Shown: positions 35,610-45,329, numbered from the stretch's first letter. The stretch: DNA of 64,000 nucleotides from Epithemia pelagica (GCA_946965045.2 OX337228.1:1178001-1242000); one strand, 5' to 3'. Numbers and translations are program-made. The notes: generated by a model not told the origin, from the sequence alone.

Positions 35610-38600
35610 TTAACTCGTTGGAGTCGCCGTCGGACTGGACGTTGGTGTTGGATGACACACTATTTTGACAAGCTCCTTAACTGCGGTCACGTCAAGTGCC
35701 TCGAATGAATCCACGCCCAAAACGTGGTTGTCAGACGTTGCAATCTTTTTCACTTTCGCCACGTCAGTGCTTACCGTATCAACGGTTACACCAATTATGG
35801 TTGTACCTTTGTTCTTTTCTGCGGTGGCTTTGTCCATCGCGTATGCTAGATGTTGACTATTCTTGTCATTGCCTTCAATGCTCCTTGTCGGTTCTCCATC
35901 GGTCAAGACGATGATCACTTTGTTCTTAGAAGAACCATGATCCAAATAGTGACCACATTTCATAATTGCCTGGCCAGTGTTGGTGAATCCGCCCGTGTAT
36001 GTAAGACTATTGATCGCGCTCGTCGCTTCATCAGATTCGCTTAGACCAATAATTTTGTCTGCGGTGTCGGCAAACGTCACAACAGCATACTGTGAGGTCC
36101 CCTTGAACATGGCCATTGTGTCGATGAATTGCGTAGCAAACTGGCGCTCCAGATAGTGATTAACACAGCATATTTTTCGATCTTGTGATACCAAAGGAGA
36201 GTCTCTATCGAAACAAACATCCTCGCAATAGCTCTTGTAACTCTGACATGTCGTGGCACGACGAGGTGGCGAACATATGGAGCCGGACATGTCAATCGCA
36301 ATACAAATATCAAAGTCCTGTTCACAATCAGGCATATCAGGAGGACCGTCCTCGGAACCCATGGTTGTTGGTTCACCAGTCGGACTTGCAGTTGGTGTGG
36401 AGGTTGGATTCGATGTAGGAATAGCAGTTGGGTTGGCGGTAGGGGCTGAAGTTGGAGAACTTGTCGGGGAGTTCGTAGGCGAACTTGTTGGAGATATGGA
36501 AGGTGATTCCGTTGGTTTGTCCGTCGGAGTTGATGTAGGAGTCTCTGTTGGTGTGGCAGTGGGCGTTCCAGTGGGAGTCTCTATTGGGGACACCGTTGGA
36601 GCACTAGTAGGACCATCTGTAGGTGAGGAAGTTGGCTCCTCTGTTGGTTTTCCAGTCGGACTTCCGGTTGGAGCACTCGTTGGAGAAGCCGTCGGGTTTT
36701 GTGTGGGACTAGACGTCGGGTCCTCTGTTGGAGAAGACGTTGGGCTGGACGTCGGTGCGCTGGTTGGAGAAGCTGTTGGTGCTGAAGTCGGTGCCCTCGT
36801 CGGAGAACTTGTGGGACTTGATGTCGGCGGACTTGTTGGAGTAGACGTCGGACTTCCTGTAGGTGAACTAGTCGGACTAGATGTTGGTCCTTCTGTTGGT
36901 GCCCCAGTTGGAGAACTTGTGGGACTTGATGTTGGGGAACTCGTTGGAGTACCAGTCGGACTGGGCGTTGTTGGAGAACTAGTTGGAGTTGATGTTGGTG
37001 AACTTGTTGGGGTACCAGTCGGACTGGACGTTGGTTCTTGTGTTGGTGCCCCAGTTGGAGAACTTGTTGGACTTGACGTTGGTGAACTTGTTGGAGAACT
37101 TGTCGGAGCTCTGGTTGGATTGCTTGTTGGACTCACGCTCGGTTCACTCGTTGGTGTGTCTGTGGGGAAGAATGTGGGAATATTGGTTGGAGGTTCTGTT
37201 GGTGTCATTGAAGGCTTATCCGTTTCCTTACAAGAACCACAAGTTCCCACCTTGACAAGTTTGAAGCATCCGATCTTCATTCCAATGTACAGAGGAGAAG
37301 AACAGTCCAATTTCACAGTGATATGTTGCACAAGCTTCGGACCATGCTTGATAATAATAGAAAAATGCGATATATAACCTCCACCATGAATCGTAACCAT
37401 GATTTTCCCTTCCTTTGGCCACCATCCCGACATGTCGCAGTTCTCCGTCTCAATCTCGTCGTCCCAGTTATCTTCCGTTGTAATTCCACCATTACACTGG
37501 TGCTCTGCGATAGGATGCCAATTGGAACAGGAACAATCCTTGTGCGGCCGATACAAAAATACAAACGTTTTCAACTGATGCGCTTCGTTCAAATCATGAT
37601 CGCCTCCACAAATTTCACCAGAGGCACAGTATATTTCATCTCCGTCTGCACATGAGTATGGCTTTATTACTTTCTTTGTTGGTGAGTTGGTCGGTGCAAA
37701 TGTCGGTAAGCTCGTTGGATTGGCCGTAGGTGTACTTGTTGGCTCGGCCGTTGGACTTGCTGTAGGACTGGCTGTTGGTTCACCAGTCGGACTCGCAGTT
37801 GGTGTGGAGGTTGGATTCGATGTAGGAATAAAAGTTGGGTTGGCGGTAGGGGTCGAAGTTGGCTCTTGTGTTGGTGCCCCAGTTGGAGAACTTGTTGGAC
37901 TTGATGTTGGTGAACTTGTTGGGGTACCAGTCGGACTGGACGTTGGAGAACCAGTCGGACTGGACGTTGGTTCTTCTGTTGGTGCCCCAGTTGGAGAACT
38001 TGTTGGACTTGACGTTGGTGAACTTGTTGGAGAACTTGTCGGAGCTCTGGTTGGATTGCTTGTTGGACTCACGCTCGGTTCACTCGTTGGTGTGTCTGTG
38101 GGGAAGAATGTGGGAATATTGGTTGGAGGTTCTGTTGGTGTCATTGAAGGCTTATCCGTTTCCTTACAAGAACCACAAGTTCCCACCTTGACAAGTTTGA
38201 AGCATCCGATCTTCATTCCAATGTACAGAGGAGAAGAACAGTCCAATTTCACAGTGATATGTTGCACAAGCTTCGGACCATGCTTGATAATAATAGAAAA
38301 ATGCGATATATAACCTCCACCATGAATCGTAACCATGATTTTCCCTTCCTTTGGCCACCATCCCGACATGTCGCAGTTCTCCGTCTCAATCTCGTCTTCC
38401 CAGTTATCTTCCGTTGTAATTCCACCATTACACAGGTGCTCTGCGATAGGATGCCAATTGGAACAGGAACAATCCTTGTGCGGCCGATACAAAAATACAA
38501 ACGTTTTCAACTGATGCGCTTCGTTCAAATCATGATCGCCTCCACAAATTTCACCAGAGGTACAGTATATTTCATCTCCGTCTGCACATGAGTATGGCTT

Positions 38601-41600
38601 TATTACTTTCTTTGTTGGTGAGTTGGTCGGTGCAAATGTCGGTAAGCTCGTTGGATTGGCCGTAGGTGTACTTGTTGGCTCGGCCGTTGGACTTGCTGTA
38701 GGACTGGCTGTTGGTTCACCAGACGGACTCGCAGTTGGTGTGGAGGTTGGATTCGATGTAGGAATAAAAGTTGGGTTGGCGGTAGGGGTCGAAGTTGGCT
38801 CTTGTGTTGGTGCCCCAGTTGGAGAACTTGTTGGACTTGATGTTGGTGAACTTGTTCGGGTACCAGTCGGACTGGACGTTGGAGAACCAGTCGGACTGGA
38901 CGTTGGTTCTTCTGTTGGTGCCCCAGTTGGAGAACTTGTTGGACTTGACGTTGGTGAACTTGTTGGAGAACTTGTCGGAGCTCTGGTTGGATTGCTTGTT
39001 GGACTCACGCTCGGTTCACTCGTTGGTGTGTCTGTGGGGAAGAATGTGGGAATATTGGTTGGAGGTTCTGTTGGTGTCATTGAAGGCTTATCCGTTTCCT
39101 TACAAGAACCACAAGTTCCCACTTTGACAAGTTTGAAGCATCCGATCTTCATTCCAATGTACAGAGGAGAAGAACAGTCCAATTTCACAGTGATATGTTG
39201 CACAAGCTTCGGACCATGCTTGATAATAATAGAAAAATGCGATATATAACCTCCACCATGAATCGTAACCATGATTTTCCCTTCCTTTGGCCACCATCCC
39301 GACATGTCGCAGTTCTCCGTCTCAATCTCGTCTTCCCAGTTATCTTCCGTTGTAATTCCACCATTACACTTGTGCTCTGCGATAGGATGCCAATTGGAAC
39401 AGGAACAATCCTTGCGCGGCCGATACAAAAATACAAACGTTTTCAACTGATGCGCTTCGTTCAAATCATGATCGCCTCCACAAATTTCACCAGAGGTACA
39501 GTATATTTCATCTCCGTCTGCACATGAGTATGGCTTTATTACTTTCTTTGTTGGTGAGTTGGTCGGTGCAAATGTCGGTAAGCTCGTTGGATTGGCCGTA
39601 GGTGTACTTGTTGGCTCGGCCGTTGGACTTGCTGTAGGACTAGCTGTTGGTTCACCAGTCGGACTCGCAGTTGGTGTGGAGGTTGGATTCGATGTAGGAA
39701 TAAAAGTTGGGTTGGCGGTAGGGGTCGAAGTTGGCTCTTGTGTTGGTGCCCCAGTTGGAGAACTTGTTGGACTTGATGTTGGTGAACTTGTTCGGGTACC
39801 AGTCGGACTGGACGTTGGAGAACCAGTCGGACTGGACGTTGGTTCTTCTGTTGGTGCCCCAGTTGGAGAACTTGTTGGACTTGACGTTGGTGAACTTGTT
39901 GGAGAACTTGTCGGAGCTCTGGTTGGATTGCTTGTTGGACTCACGCTCGGTTCACTCGTTGGTGTGTCTGTGGGGAAGAATGTGGGAATATTGGTTGGAG
40001 GTTCTGTTGGTGTCATTGAAGGCTTATCCGTTTCCTTACAAGAACCACAAGTTCCCACCTTGACAAGTTTGAAGCATCCGATCTTCATTCCAATGTACAG
40101 AGGAGAAGAACAGTCCAATTTCACAGTGATATGTTGCACAAGCTTCGGACCATGCTTGATAATAATAGAAAAATGCGATATATAACCTCCACCATGAATC
40201 GTAACCATGATTTTCCCTTCCTTTGGCCACCATCCCGACATGTCGCAGTTCTCCGTCTCAATCTCGTCGTCCCAGTTATCTTCCGTTGTAATTCCACCAT
40301 TACACTGGTGCTCTGCGATAGGATGCCAATTGGAACAGGAACAATCCTTGTGCGGCCGATACAAAAATACAAACGTTTTCAACTGATGCGCTTCGTTCAA
40401 ATCATGATCGCCTCCACAAATTTCACCAGAGGTACAGTATATTTCATCTCCGTCTGCACATGAGTGTGGCTTTATTATTTTCTTTGTTGGTGAGTTGGTC
40501 GGTGCAAATGTCGGTAAGCTCGTTGGATTGGCCGTAGGTGTACTTGTTGGCTCGGCCGTTGGACTTGCTGTAGGACTAGCTGTTGGTTCACCAGTCGGAC
40601 TCGCAGTTGGTGTGGAGGTTGGATTCGATGTAGGAATAAAAGTTGGGTTGGCGGTAGGGGTCGAAGTTGGCGAACTTGTCGGTGCGCTCGTTGGCGAATT
40701 TGTTGGAGATATGGAAGGTGGTTTCGTCGGAGGAGAAGTTGGTTCATCTGTTGGTGCTGCTGTAGGTGTAGTCGTTGGGTTACTTGTCGGAGTGGAAGTC
40801 GGAAGGCTTGTTGGAGGACCTGTTGGTATCATGGTAGGCTGATCTGTTGGGTCCTTACAACAACCACGGGTTTTCACTGCGATTAGTTCAAAGCATCCGA
40901 TTTTGAGTCCAATTTTCAGAAGAGAAGAACAATCCAATTTGTATGTGATAACTTGCACAGCCTTTCCATCATGTTTGATAATGATTATCAAGATTGATGT
41001 CCCGTTACCCCAATCCAAATCTATCTCAATTCTTCCCTGCTGTTGCCAAAATCCCGTTATATTGCCTTGCTCAACGGCAAAATTGTCTCTTGTCGTCTTG
41101 TCTGAGTCCGGTAGCCATTGATCGTCCATTTTATCGGTACAACTGTGGTCGTCGATTGCCTTAAATTCTGAACAGTTGTGGGGCCGATACAGAAATACTA
41201 ACGTAACCAAGTCATGAAAATCGTTCAAAGAATGATGGCCTCCACAAATTTCACCAAAGGTACAGTATATAGGATCTCCCCCGGGTTCTGCACATGAGTG
41301 TGGCTTTGTTACTTTCTTTGAAGGTGAGTTGGTCGGTGCAAATGTCGGTAAGCTCGTTGGATTGGCCGTTGGTGAACTTGTTGGCTCGGCCGTTGGACTT
41401 GCTGTAGGACTGGCGGTTGGTTCACCAGTCGGACTTGCAGTAGGTGTGGAGGTTGGATTCGACGTAATAGCAGTTGGGGTCGAAGTTGGCGAACTTGTCG
41501 GTGAGCTCGTCGGCGCACTTGTCGGAGAAGCTGTAGGGTTATCCGTCGGAGAAGAAGTTGGCTCCCTTGTTGGTGACGCTGTAGGAGTACTCGTTGGGCT

Positions 41601-44204
41601 ACTTGTCGGATTGGAAGTGGGACTTGCCATCGGTGTAGGTGTCGGAGCCGACGTAGGAGTAGCTGTAGGATCATCTGTCGGAGAAGAAGTTGGCTCACTT
41701 GTCGGTGATGCTGTAGGAGTGTTCGTTGGGGTACTTGTTGGAGCAGCAGTGGGAGATGCAGTGGGTGTGCTGGTCGGGGCGGAGGTAGGAGAAGATGTAG
41801 GGTCATCCGTCGGGGAAGAAGTTGGCGTACTTGTGGGTGATGATGTAGGAGTACTCGTTGGGCTACTTGTCGGATTGGAAGTGGGAGTTGCCATCGGCGT
41901 AGGCGTCGGAGCCGATGTAGGAGTAGCCGTAGGAGATTCAGTCGGGGAAGAAGTTGGCTCACTTGTCGGTGATGCTGTAGGAGTACTCGTTGGATTACTG
42001 GTGGGAGTAGCAGTGGGAGATGCAGTGGGTGTGCCGGTCGGGGCCGATGTAGGAGTAGCCGTAGGGTCTTTAGTCGGGGAAGATGTTGGCTCACTTGTCG
42101 GTGATGCTGTAGGAGTACTCGTTGGATTTGTGGGATTCTGTGTTGGGTTTGCGGTTAGAGGCAGAGTAGGAATGTTTGTGGGACTTCTCATTGGCGGAGC
42201 CGTCGTTGGACTTTCTGTAGGGACTTCCGTCGGCTCAAGGGTTGGATTTGCTGTGGGTGTTTGCGTCGGAGAGGTCGTGGGAATGTCGGTGGGACTTCGA
42301 GTAGGGGTAGTTGTCGGTTCGTTTGTCGGTAGAGACGTCGGGGTGTTTGTCGGGAAACCTGTGGGTGGAGATGTGGGCGTTATTTGACAACAGCCAGCCA
42401 CCAGGACGTATTCGAGGAAAAAGGAACCAATGCGAGTTTGAACGACAATTCGTCCGTCGCATGTTGTATAAAATTTGAACTCTTGAACCATGACCATTCC
42501 AGTATCATTCAGAATATACAAGGACACTTCGATGTAGTCAGGAAAAAGGTCCTCGTCATCACCTCTTGTGATCTCAAATTTCATCATGTCATCCTCCATC
42601 ATCATTGCCTTGTTTACTCCAGGATCAGATTCGATCATGACGTATAGCATTTCGTCCTCGAGATCCCAATTTGTGACTACATCTTCACAATCCGGATCGT
42701 CGGGTTCAGGACAATACATTGGTTCTAGTCGAAAGACGAACTTTATGATTTGTTCGTCTGTATTGAGTGGCTCCATTCCTCCAGTATAACCTTTCTTGCC
42801 GCCTTTCTTGCCGCCTTTCTTGCCGCCTTTCTTGCCGCCTGATGTCAAGCTCGAATCACAAATCAGACCGTCAGTACAATTGAGAAATGTGTCCTCCGGG
42901 TCATCTTCATCGACGCATTCTCTTTCGCAGCTGGGGTCGTCTGGGGTGAGAGTGCAATCTGGGCCAGTCAGTGCTTCAGTTGGAGGACACGTAGATGGAT
43001 TCTCCGTGCAGTCCACCGGACAATCTCCAATAACAGAGAAGCGCATGAGGGTGAGGGTGACAGTATTGCCATTGTCACTGCCAGAAAATTGACCACCAAT
43101 CCGGAGCATGGAATTCGGGCAGACAAGGTCAAGGTCAAGCTCGATTTCGATATCTGTCATTCCGTTGTTCGTTGTCACCTGGATTTCGATTTTGGGATCA
43201 TCCGGGAAAGAATTGCCGGTAGGACGGATCGCAAATACCGAGGGATTGGCGGACTGCCACACCACGTCGATGTCTTCGTCTGAGGTCACACCAGTCACGG
43301 CTCCGTCTGTTGAGGTGATATCAAATTCAAGAATGGCCCAATTGCCTCGATCTACATCATCAGCGCACAAATTGCCAGAGGTGCAATCGTCGAGCGGAGG
43401 GGGGCAGCTTTGGTCGAACTCAAAGGCACAAGTCTTGAGACATCCAAACACGTCACCAACGAACAACCTTTGACTGCAAGATGTGTGGACGTTAACAAAT
43501 TGTTCAGTTCCAGCCGAGTCCGTAATTGTAAATCTTGTTTCCGTGGTAAACTTTTCGCCATTGGCCGGACTGATTGTAATGTACAAGATCCCGTCGTCGT
43601 CCTTGGAAACTTCGAATGGTACATTAGCTTTATCATCTTTGGTCTTTACCTGAATACTGACAATATCGGTCAAGTTTCCTTCGGCGCCCGTTTGCACACA
43701 TTGAAATTTGCCTTCCTGAGGGTTGTTTTGCAAAATGTTGCTACATGGCAAATTCATCAGTTCAAAAGCAATGCGTATAATATTGTCTCTCTTTTTAGGG
43801 CCAGTGCAGAGATCGCCATCCGTGCAATAGGAGTTCTCTTCACCGATGGGTTCCGGGTCGTAGTCGACAATTGTACCTAATTCCAAACCTCGAGAGTTGC
43901 GTCCCTGTACGTGTTGGTTGAGGAAGGAGACTGGTGGGAGAGGGGACGTGGCGGACGGAGTGGCCCCCGTTTCCAACGACGGGGAACTGACGGACAAGGA
44001 ATTCGGTGGGTCGCGGGGAGACAAATCCACATGGGGGAGGGGTGTGGTCGTCTGAAGAAGCCAAGGGTGTCCACGAACTTGAGACAGAGAAGCAGCTGCC
44101 ACAGTGTTGAGGACCGATAGGAGCATCCATGAAGCAAGAATGGCGACAGATGACAAGCTCATCGTCATCTTGGTCGTCTGGGTCTTGACGCTGGTCGTTT
44201 TCAT
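35610..44204 (-). CDS. Giant secreted mucin/adhesin-like protein: signal peptide, 8 Cys-rich modules, PTS-rich linkers, vWA domain (~2864 aa to the first stop)
   Basis: Intronless ORF. N-terminal hydrophobic segment VAILASWMLLSVLNTVAAA (start could be 44273, 44204 or 44168). PT-x-x-PT linkers; repeated C-x-x-G-x-I/L-C...LDCS-x-x-L-x-IG-x-KIGCF modules; vWA MIDAS DMSGS...TNTG...IVLTDG. Confidence 0.9.
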   Translation of the reverse strand: MKTTSVKTQTTKMTMSLSSVAILASWMLLSVLNTVAAASLSQVRGHPWLLQTTTPLPHVDLSPRDPPNSLSVSSPSLETGATPSATSPLPPVSFLNQHVQGRNSRGLELGTIVDYDPEPIGEENSYCTDGDLCTGPKKRDNIIRIAFELMNLPCSNILQNNPQEGKFQCVQTGAEGNLTDIVSIQVKTKDDKANVPFEVSKDDDGILYITISPANGEKFTTETRFTITDSAGTEQFVNVHTSCSQRLFVGDVFGCLKTCAFEFDQSCPPPLDDCTSGNLCADDVDRGNWAILEFDITSTDGAVTGVTSDEDIDVVWQSANPSVFAIRPTGNSFPDDPKIEIQVTTNNGMTDIEIELDLDLVCPNSMLRIGGQFSGSDNGNTVTLTLMRFSVIGDCPVDCTENPSTCPPTEALTGPDCTLTPDDPSCERECVDEDDPEDTFLNCTDGLICDSSLTSGGKKGGKKGGKKGGKKGYTGGMEPLNTDEQIIKFVFRLEPMYCPEPDDPDCEDVVTNWDLEDEMLYVMIESDPGVNKAMMMEDDMMKFEITRGDDEDLFPDYIEVSLYILNDTGMVMVQEFKFYTTCDGRIVVQTRIGSFFLEYVLVAGCCQITPTSPPTGFPTNTPTSLPTNEPTTTPTRSPTDIPTTSPTQTPTANPTLEPTEVPTESPTTAPPMRSPTNIPTLPLTANPTQNPTNPTSTPTASPTSEPTSSPTKDPTATPTSAPTGTPTASPTATPTSNPTSTPTASPTSEPTSSPTESPTATPTSAPTPTPMATPTSNPTSSPTSTPTSSPTSTPTSSPTDDPTSSPTSAPTSTPTASPTAAPTSTPTNTPTASPTSEPTSSPTDDPTATPTSAPTPTPMASPTSNPTSSPTSTPTASPTREPTSSPTDNPTASPTSAPTSSPTSSPTSTPTAITSNPTSTPTASPTGEPTASPTASPTAEPTSSPTANPTSLPTFAPTNSPSKKVTKPHSCAEPGGDPIYCTFGEICGGHHSLNDFHDLVTLVFLYRPHNCSEFKAIDDHSCTDKMDDQWLPDSDKTTRDNFAVEQGNITGFWQQQGRIEIDLDWGNGTSILIIIIKHDGKAVQVITYKLDCSSLLKIGLKIGCFELIAVKTRGCCKDPTDQPTMIPTGPPTSLPTSTPTSNPTTTPTAAPTDEPTSPPTKPPSISPTNSPTSAPTSSPTSTPTANPTFIPTSNPTSTPTASPTGEPTASPTASPTAEPTSTPTANPTSLPTFAPTNSPTKKIIKPHSCADGDEIYCTSGEICGGDHDLNEAHQLKTFVFLYRPHKDCSCSNWHPIAEHQCNGGITTEDNWDDEIETENCDMSGWWPKEGKIMVTIHGGGYISHFSIIIKHGPKLVQHITVKLDCSSPLYIGMKIGCFKLVKVGTCGSCKETDKPSMTPTEPPTNIPTFFPTDTPTSEPSVSPTSNPTRAPTSSPTSSPTSSPTSSPTGAPTEEPTSSPTGSPTSSPTGTRTSSPTSSPTSSPTGAPTQEPTSTPTANPTFIPTSNPTSTPTASPTGEPTASPTASPTAEPTSTPTANPTSLPTFAPTNSPTKKVIKPYSCADGDEIYCTSGEICGGDHDLNEAHQLKTFVFLYRPRKDCSCSNWHPIAEHKCNGGITTEDNWEDEIETENCDMSGWWPKEGKIMVTIHGGGYISHFSIIIKHGPKLVQHITVKLDCSSPLYIGMKIGCFKLVKVGTCGSCKETDKPSMTPTEPPTNIPTFFPTDTPTSEPSVSPTSNPTRAPTSSPTSSPTSSPTSSPTGAPTEEPTSSPTGSPTSSPTGTRTSSPTSSPTSSPTGAPTQEPTSTPTANPTFIPTSNPTSTPTASPSGEPTASPTASPTAEPTSTPTANPTSLPTFAPTNSPTKKVIKPYSCADGDEIYCTSGEICGGDHDLNEAHQLKTFVFLYRPHKDCSCSNWHPIAEHLCNGGITTEDNWEDEIETENCDMSGWWPKEGKIMVTIHGGGYISHFSIIIKHGPKLVQHITVKLDCSSPLYIGMKIGCFKLVKVGTCGSCKETDKPSMTPTEPPTNIPTFFPTDTPTSEPSVSPTSNPTRAPTSSPTSSPTSSPTSSPTGAPTEEPTSSPTGSPTSSPTGTPTSSPTSSPTSSPTGAPTQEPTSTPTANPTFIPTSNPTSTPTASPTGEPTASPTASPTAEPTSTPTANPTSLPTFAPTNSPTKKVIKPYSCADGDEIYCASGEICGGDHDLNEAHQLKTFVFLYRPHKDCSCSNWHPIAEHQCNGGITTEDNWDDEIETENCDMSGWWPKEGKIMVTIHGGGYISHFSIIIKHGPKLVQHITVKLDCSSPLYIGMKIGCFKLVKVGTCGSCKETDKPSMTPTEPPTNIPTFFPTDTPTSEPSVSPTSNPTRAPTSSPTSSPTSSPTSSPTGAPTQEPTSSPTGTPTSSPTSTPTSSPTTPSPTGTPTSSPTSSPTSSPTGAPTEGPTSSPTSSPTGSPTSTPTSPPTSSPTSSPTRAPTSAPTASPTSAPTSSPTSSPTEDPTSSPTQNPTASPTSAPTGSPTGKPTEEPTSSPTDGPTSAPTVSPIETPTGTPTATPTETPTSTPTDKPTESPSISPTSSPTNSPTSSPTSAPTANPTAIPTSNPTSTPTASPTGEPTTMGSEDGPPDMPDCEQDFDICIAIDMSGSICSPPRRATTCQSYKSYCEDVCFDRDSPLVSQDRKICCVNHYLERQFATQFIDTMAMFKGTSQYAVVTFADTADKIIGLSESDEATSAINSLTYTGGFTNTGQAIMKCGHYLDHGSSKNKVIIVLTDGEPTRSIEGNDKNSQHLAYAMDKATAEKNKGTTIIGVTVDTVSTDVAKVKKIATSDNHVLGVDSFEALDVTAVKELVKIVCHPTPTSSPTATPTS
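35655..36330 (-). other. von Willebrand factor A domain within the giant adhesin
   Basis: DICIAIDMSGS (DxSxS), QYAVVTFA, GGFTNTGQAI (T), KVIIVLTDGEPT (D) give a complete MIDAS motif. Confidence 0.9.
36990..40670 (-). repeat. ~3.9 tandem copies of a 936-bp (312-aa) coding repeat
   Basis: Near-identical ORF-track entries recur at exact 936-bp spacing (37687/38623/39559/40495; 37228/38164/39100/40036). Confidence 0.97.
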
Positions 44205-45249
44205 CGTGATCTGGGACACGAATCCAGAAAAGGCAAGATGTATCGACGGTCGACGAGAACAATGCGCGTTCAATCGAAAAACGAAAAGTTGTTGATCTGT
44301 CGACTGAGGAGAACGTTTTTTTGTGAGTCCATTAGCCGCGTGAATTGTTTCGTCGTGAAAGACGGGGAAAGCTCGTCATTTGTTTTGTACAATCCTATCA
44401 TTGGTTGGGAATGGGGGTACTTGGGGAGGACTTGGACATAATTGTTCTGTCATTTTTCATTCACGATTTGAAAAAGATTCGTGTCTCCTTTCCCCCGAGA
44501 TGAGATCCCCCCAATTACGCCTCAGCTTTCCCCGAACGATAAAGATTTTAAAACATCATTTCTGTAGACGCCAACGAATCGCTGTCGTCCGAGTCTCGGC
44601 TCACGATTCACGTAATCACGAGCAGTTCACGAGTTGGGATCTTACTGGGTCAAAGCGTTCCAATTTCTGTTGTCACGACCATATAGCACCCTACCGGGAT
44701 ATTTAAATATTGATCCAACGATTATTGGCTGGACTAGATTTACGAATAGATAGGGAGTGAGTTTTGCAGTGTACGTTTGATAGCTGCTCGGGACTGTTGG
44801 TCGCGTGAGACTCCCTCACACCACTTATAGATGATTTTCATTCAGGATTCACGCGCCGGAACTACAGTAATCTGCAGCATTATTCTTACACTACAATAAT
44901 AAAAAATGCGATCGTTACTCGTAGTAAGAGTCACGCTAGCCCGCAAGGCCAGTCAAGACGAGCTCCACGACGGTGGGGCATGGCCAATTGGGCATAGATC
45001 AATTCATTCGATGGCACGTGTGTGTCACGGTTTACCAGATTCCAAAACAGGTTTGGAGCGTGACCAAAGACAATCATCTGGATCTGGTCTGGGCCCATAA
45101 AGTTTCTGACCGCATCAGCCTCATCAAGTCCTGCAACGACTGATTGTGTGAAGAGACGACCGATAGCTCATCGGATTTTTGAAATTCGAAATGGCGCCAG
45201 GGCAGTCAGTCCAGTATCGACCGTTACCTCCTCCATGGAAAAGGAGGAG

Positions 45250-45325
45250 CACTTAGGACTTAGGAGTCGAACCTAAGCACTAGGTAGCTAGTGAGCCTTT
45301 TACTCAACCAATTCCACACTAATTA
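45250..45325 (-). other. Decayed tRNA-like sequence (tRNA pseudogene or tRNA-derived SINE head)
   Basis: Minus strand: perfect T-arm CTTAGG-TTCGACT-CCTAAG (45277-45259), preceded by hairpin CACTAG-CTAC-CTAGTG and an A-box-like TAGTGTGGAATTGG (45321-45308). The acceptor stem and anticodon loop are not canonical. Confidence 0.45.
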
Positions 45326-45329
45326 GCAT

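Noticed and set aside
34828-42387. Long plus-strand VGELVG-rich ORFs and minus-strand alternative-frame Q/L/R-rich ORFs
   Set aside because: They are antisense or frame-shifted shadows of the PTSSPT repeats of the adhesin gene.
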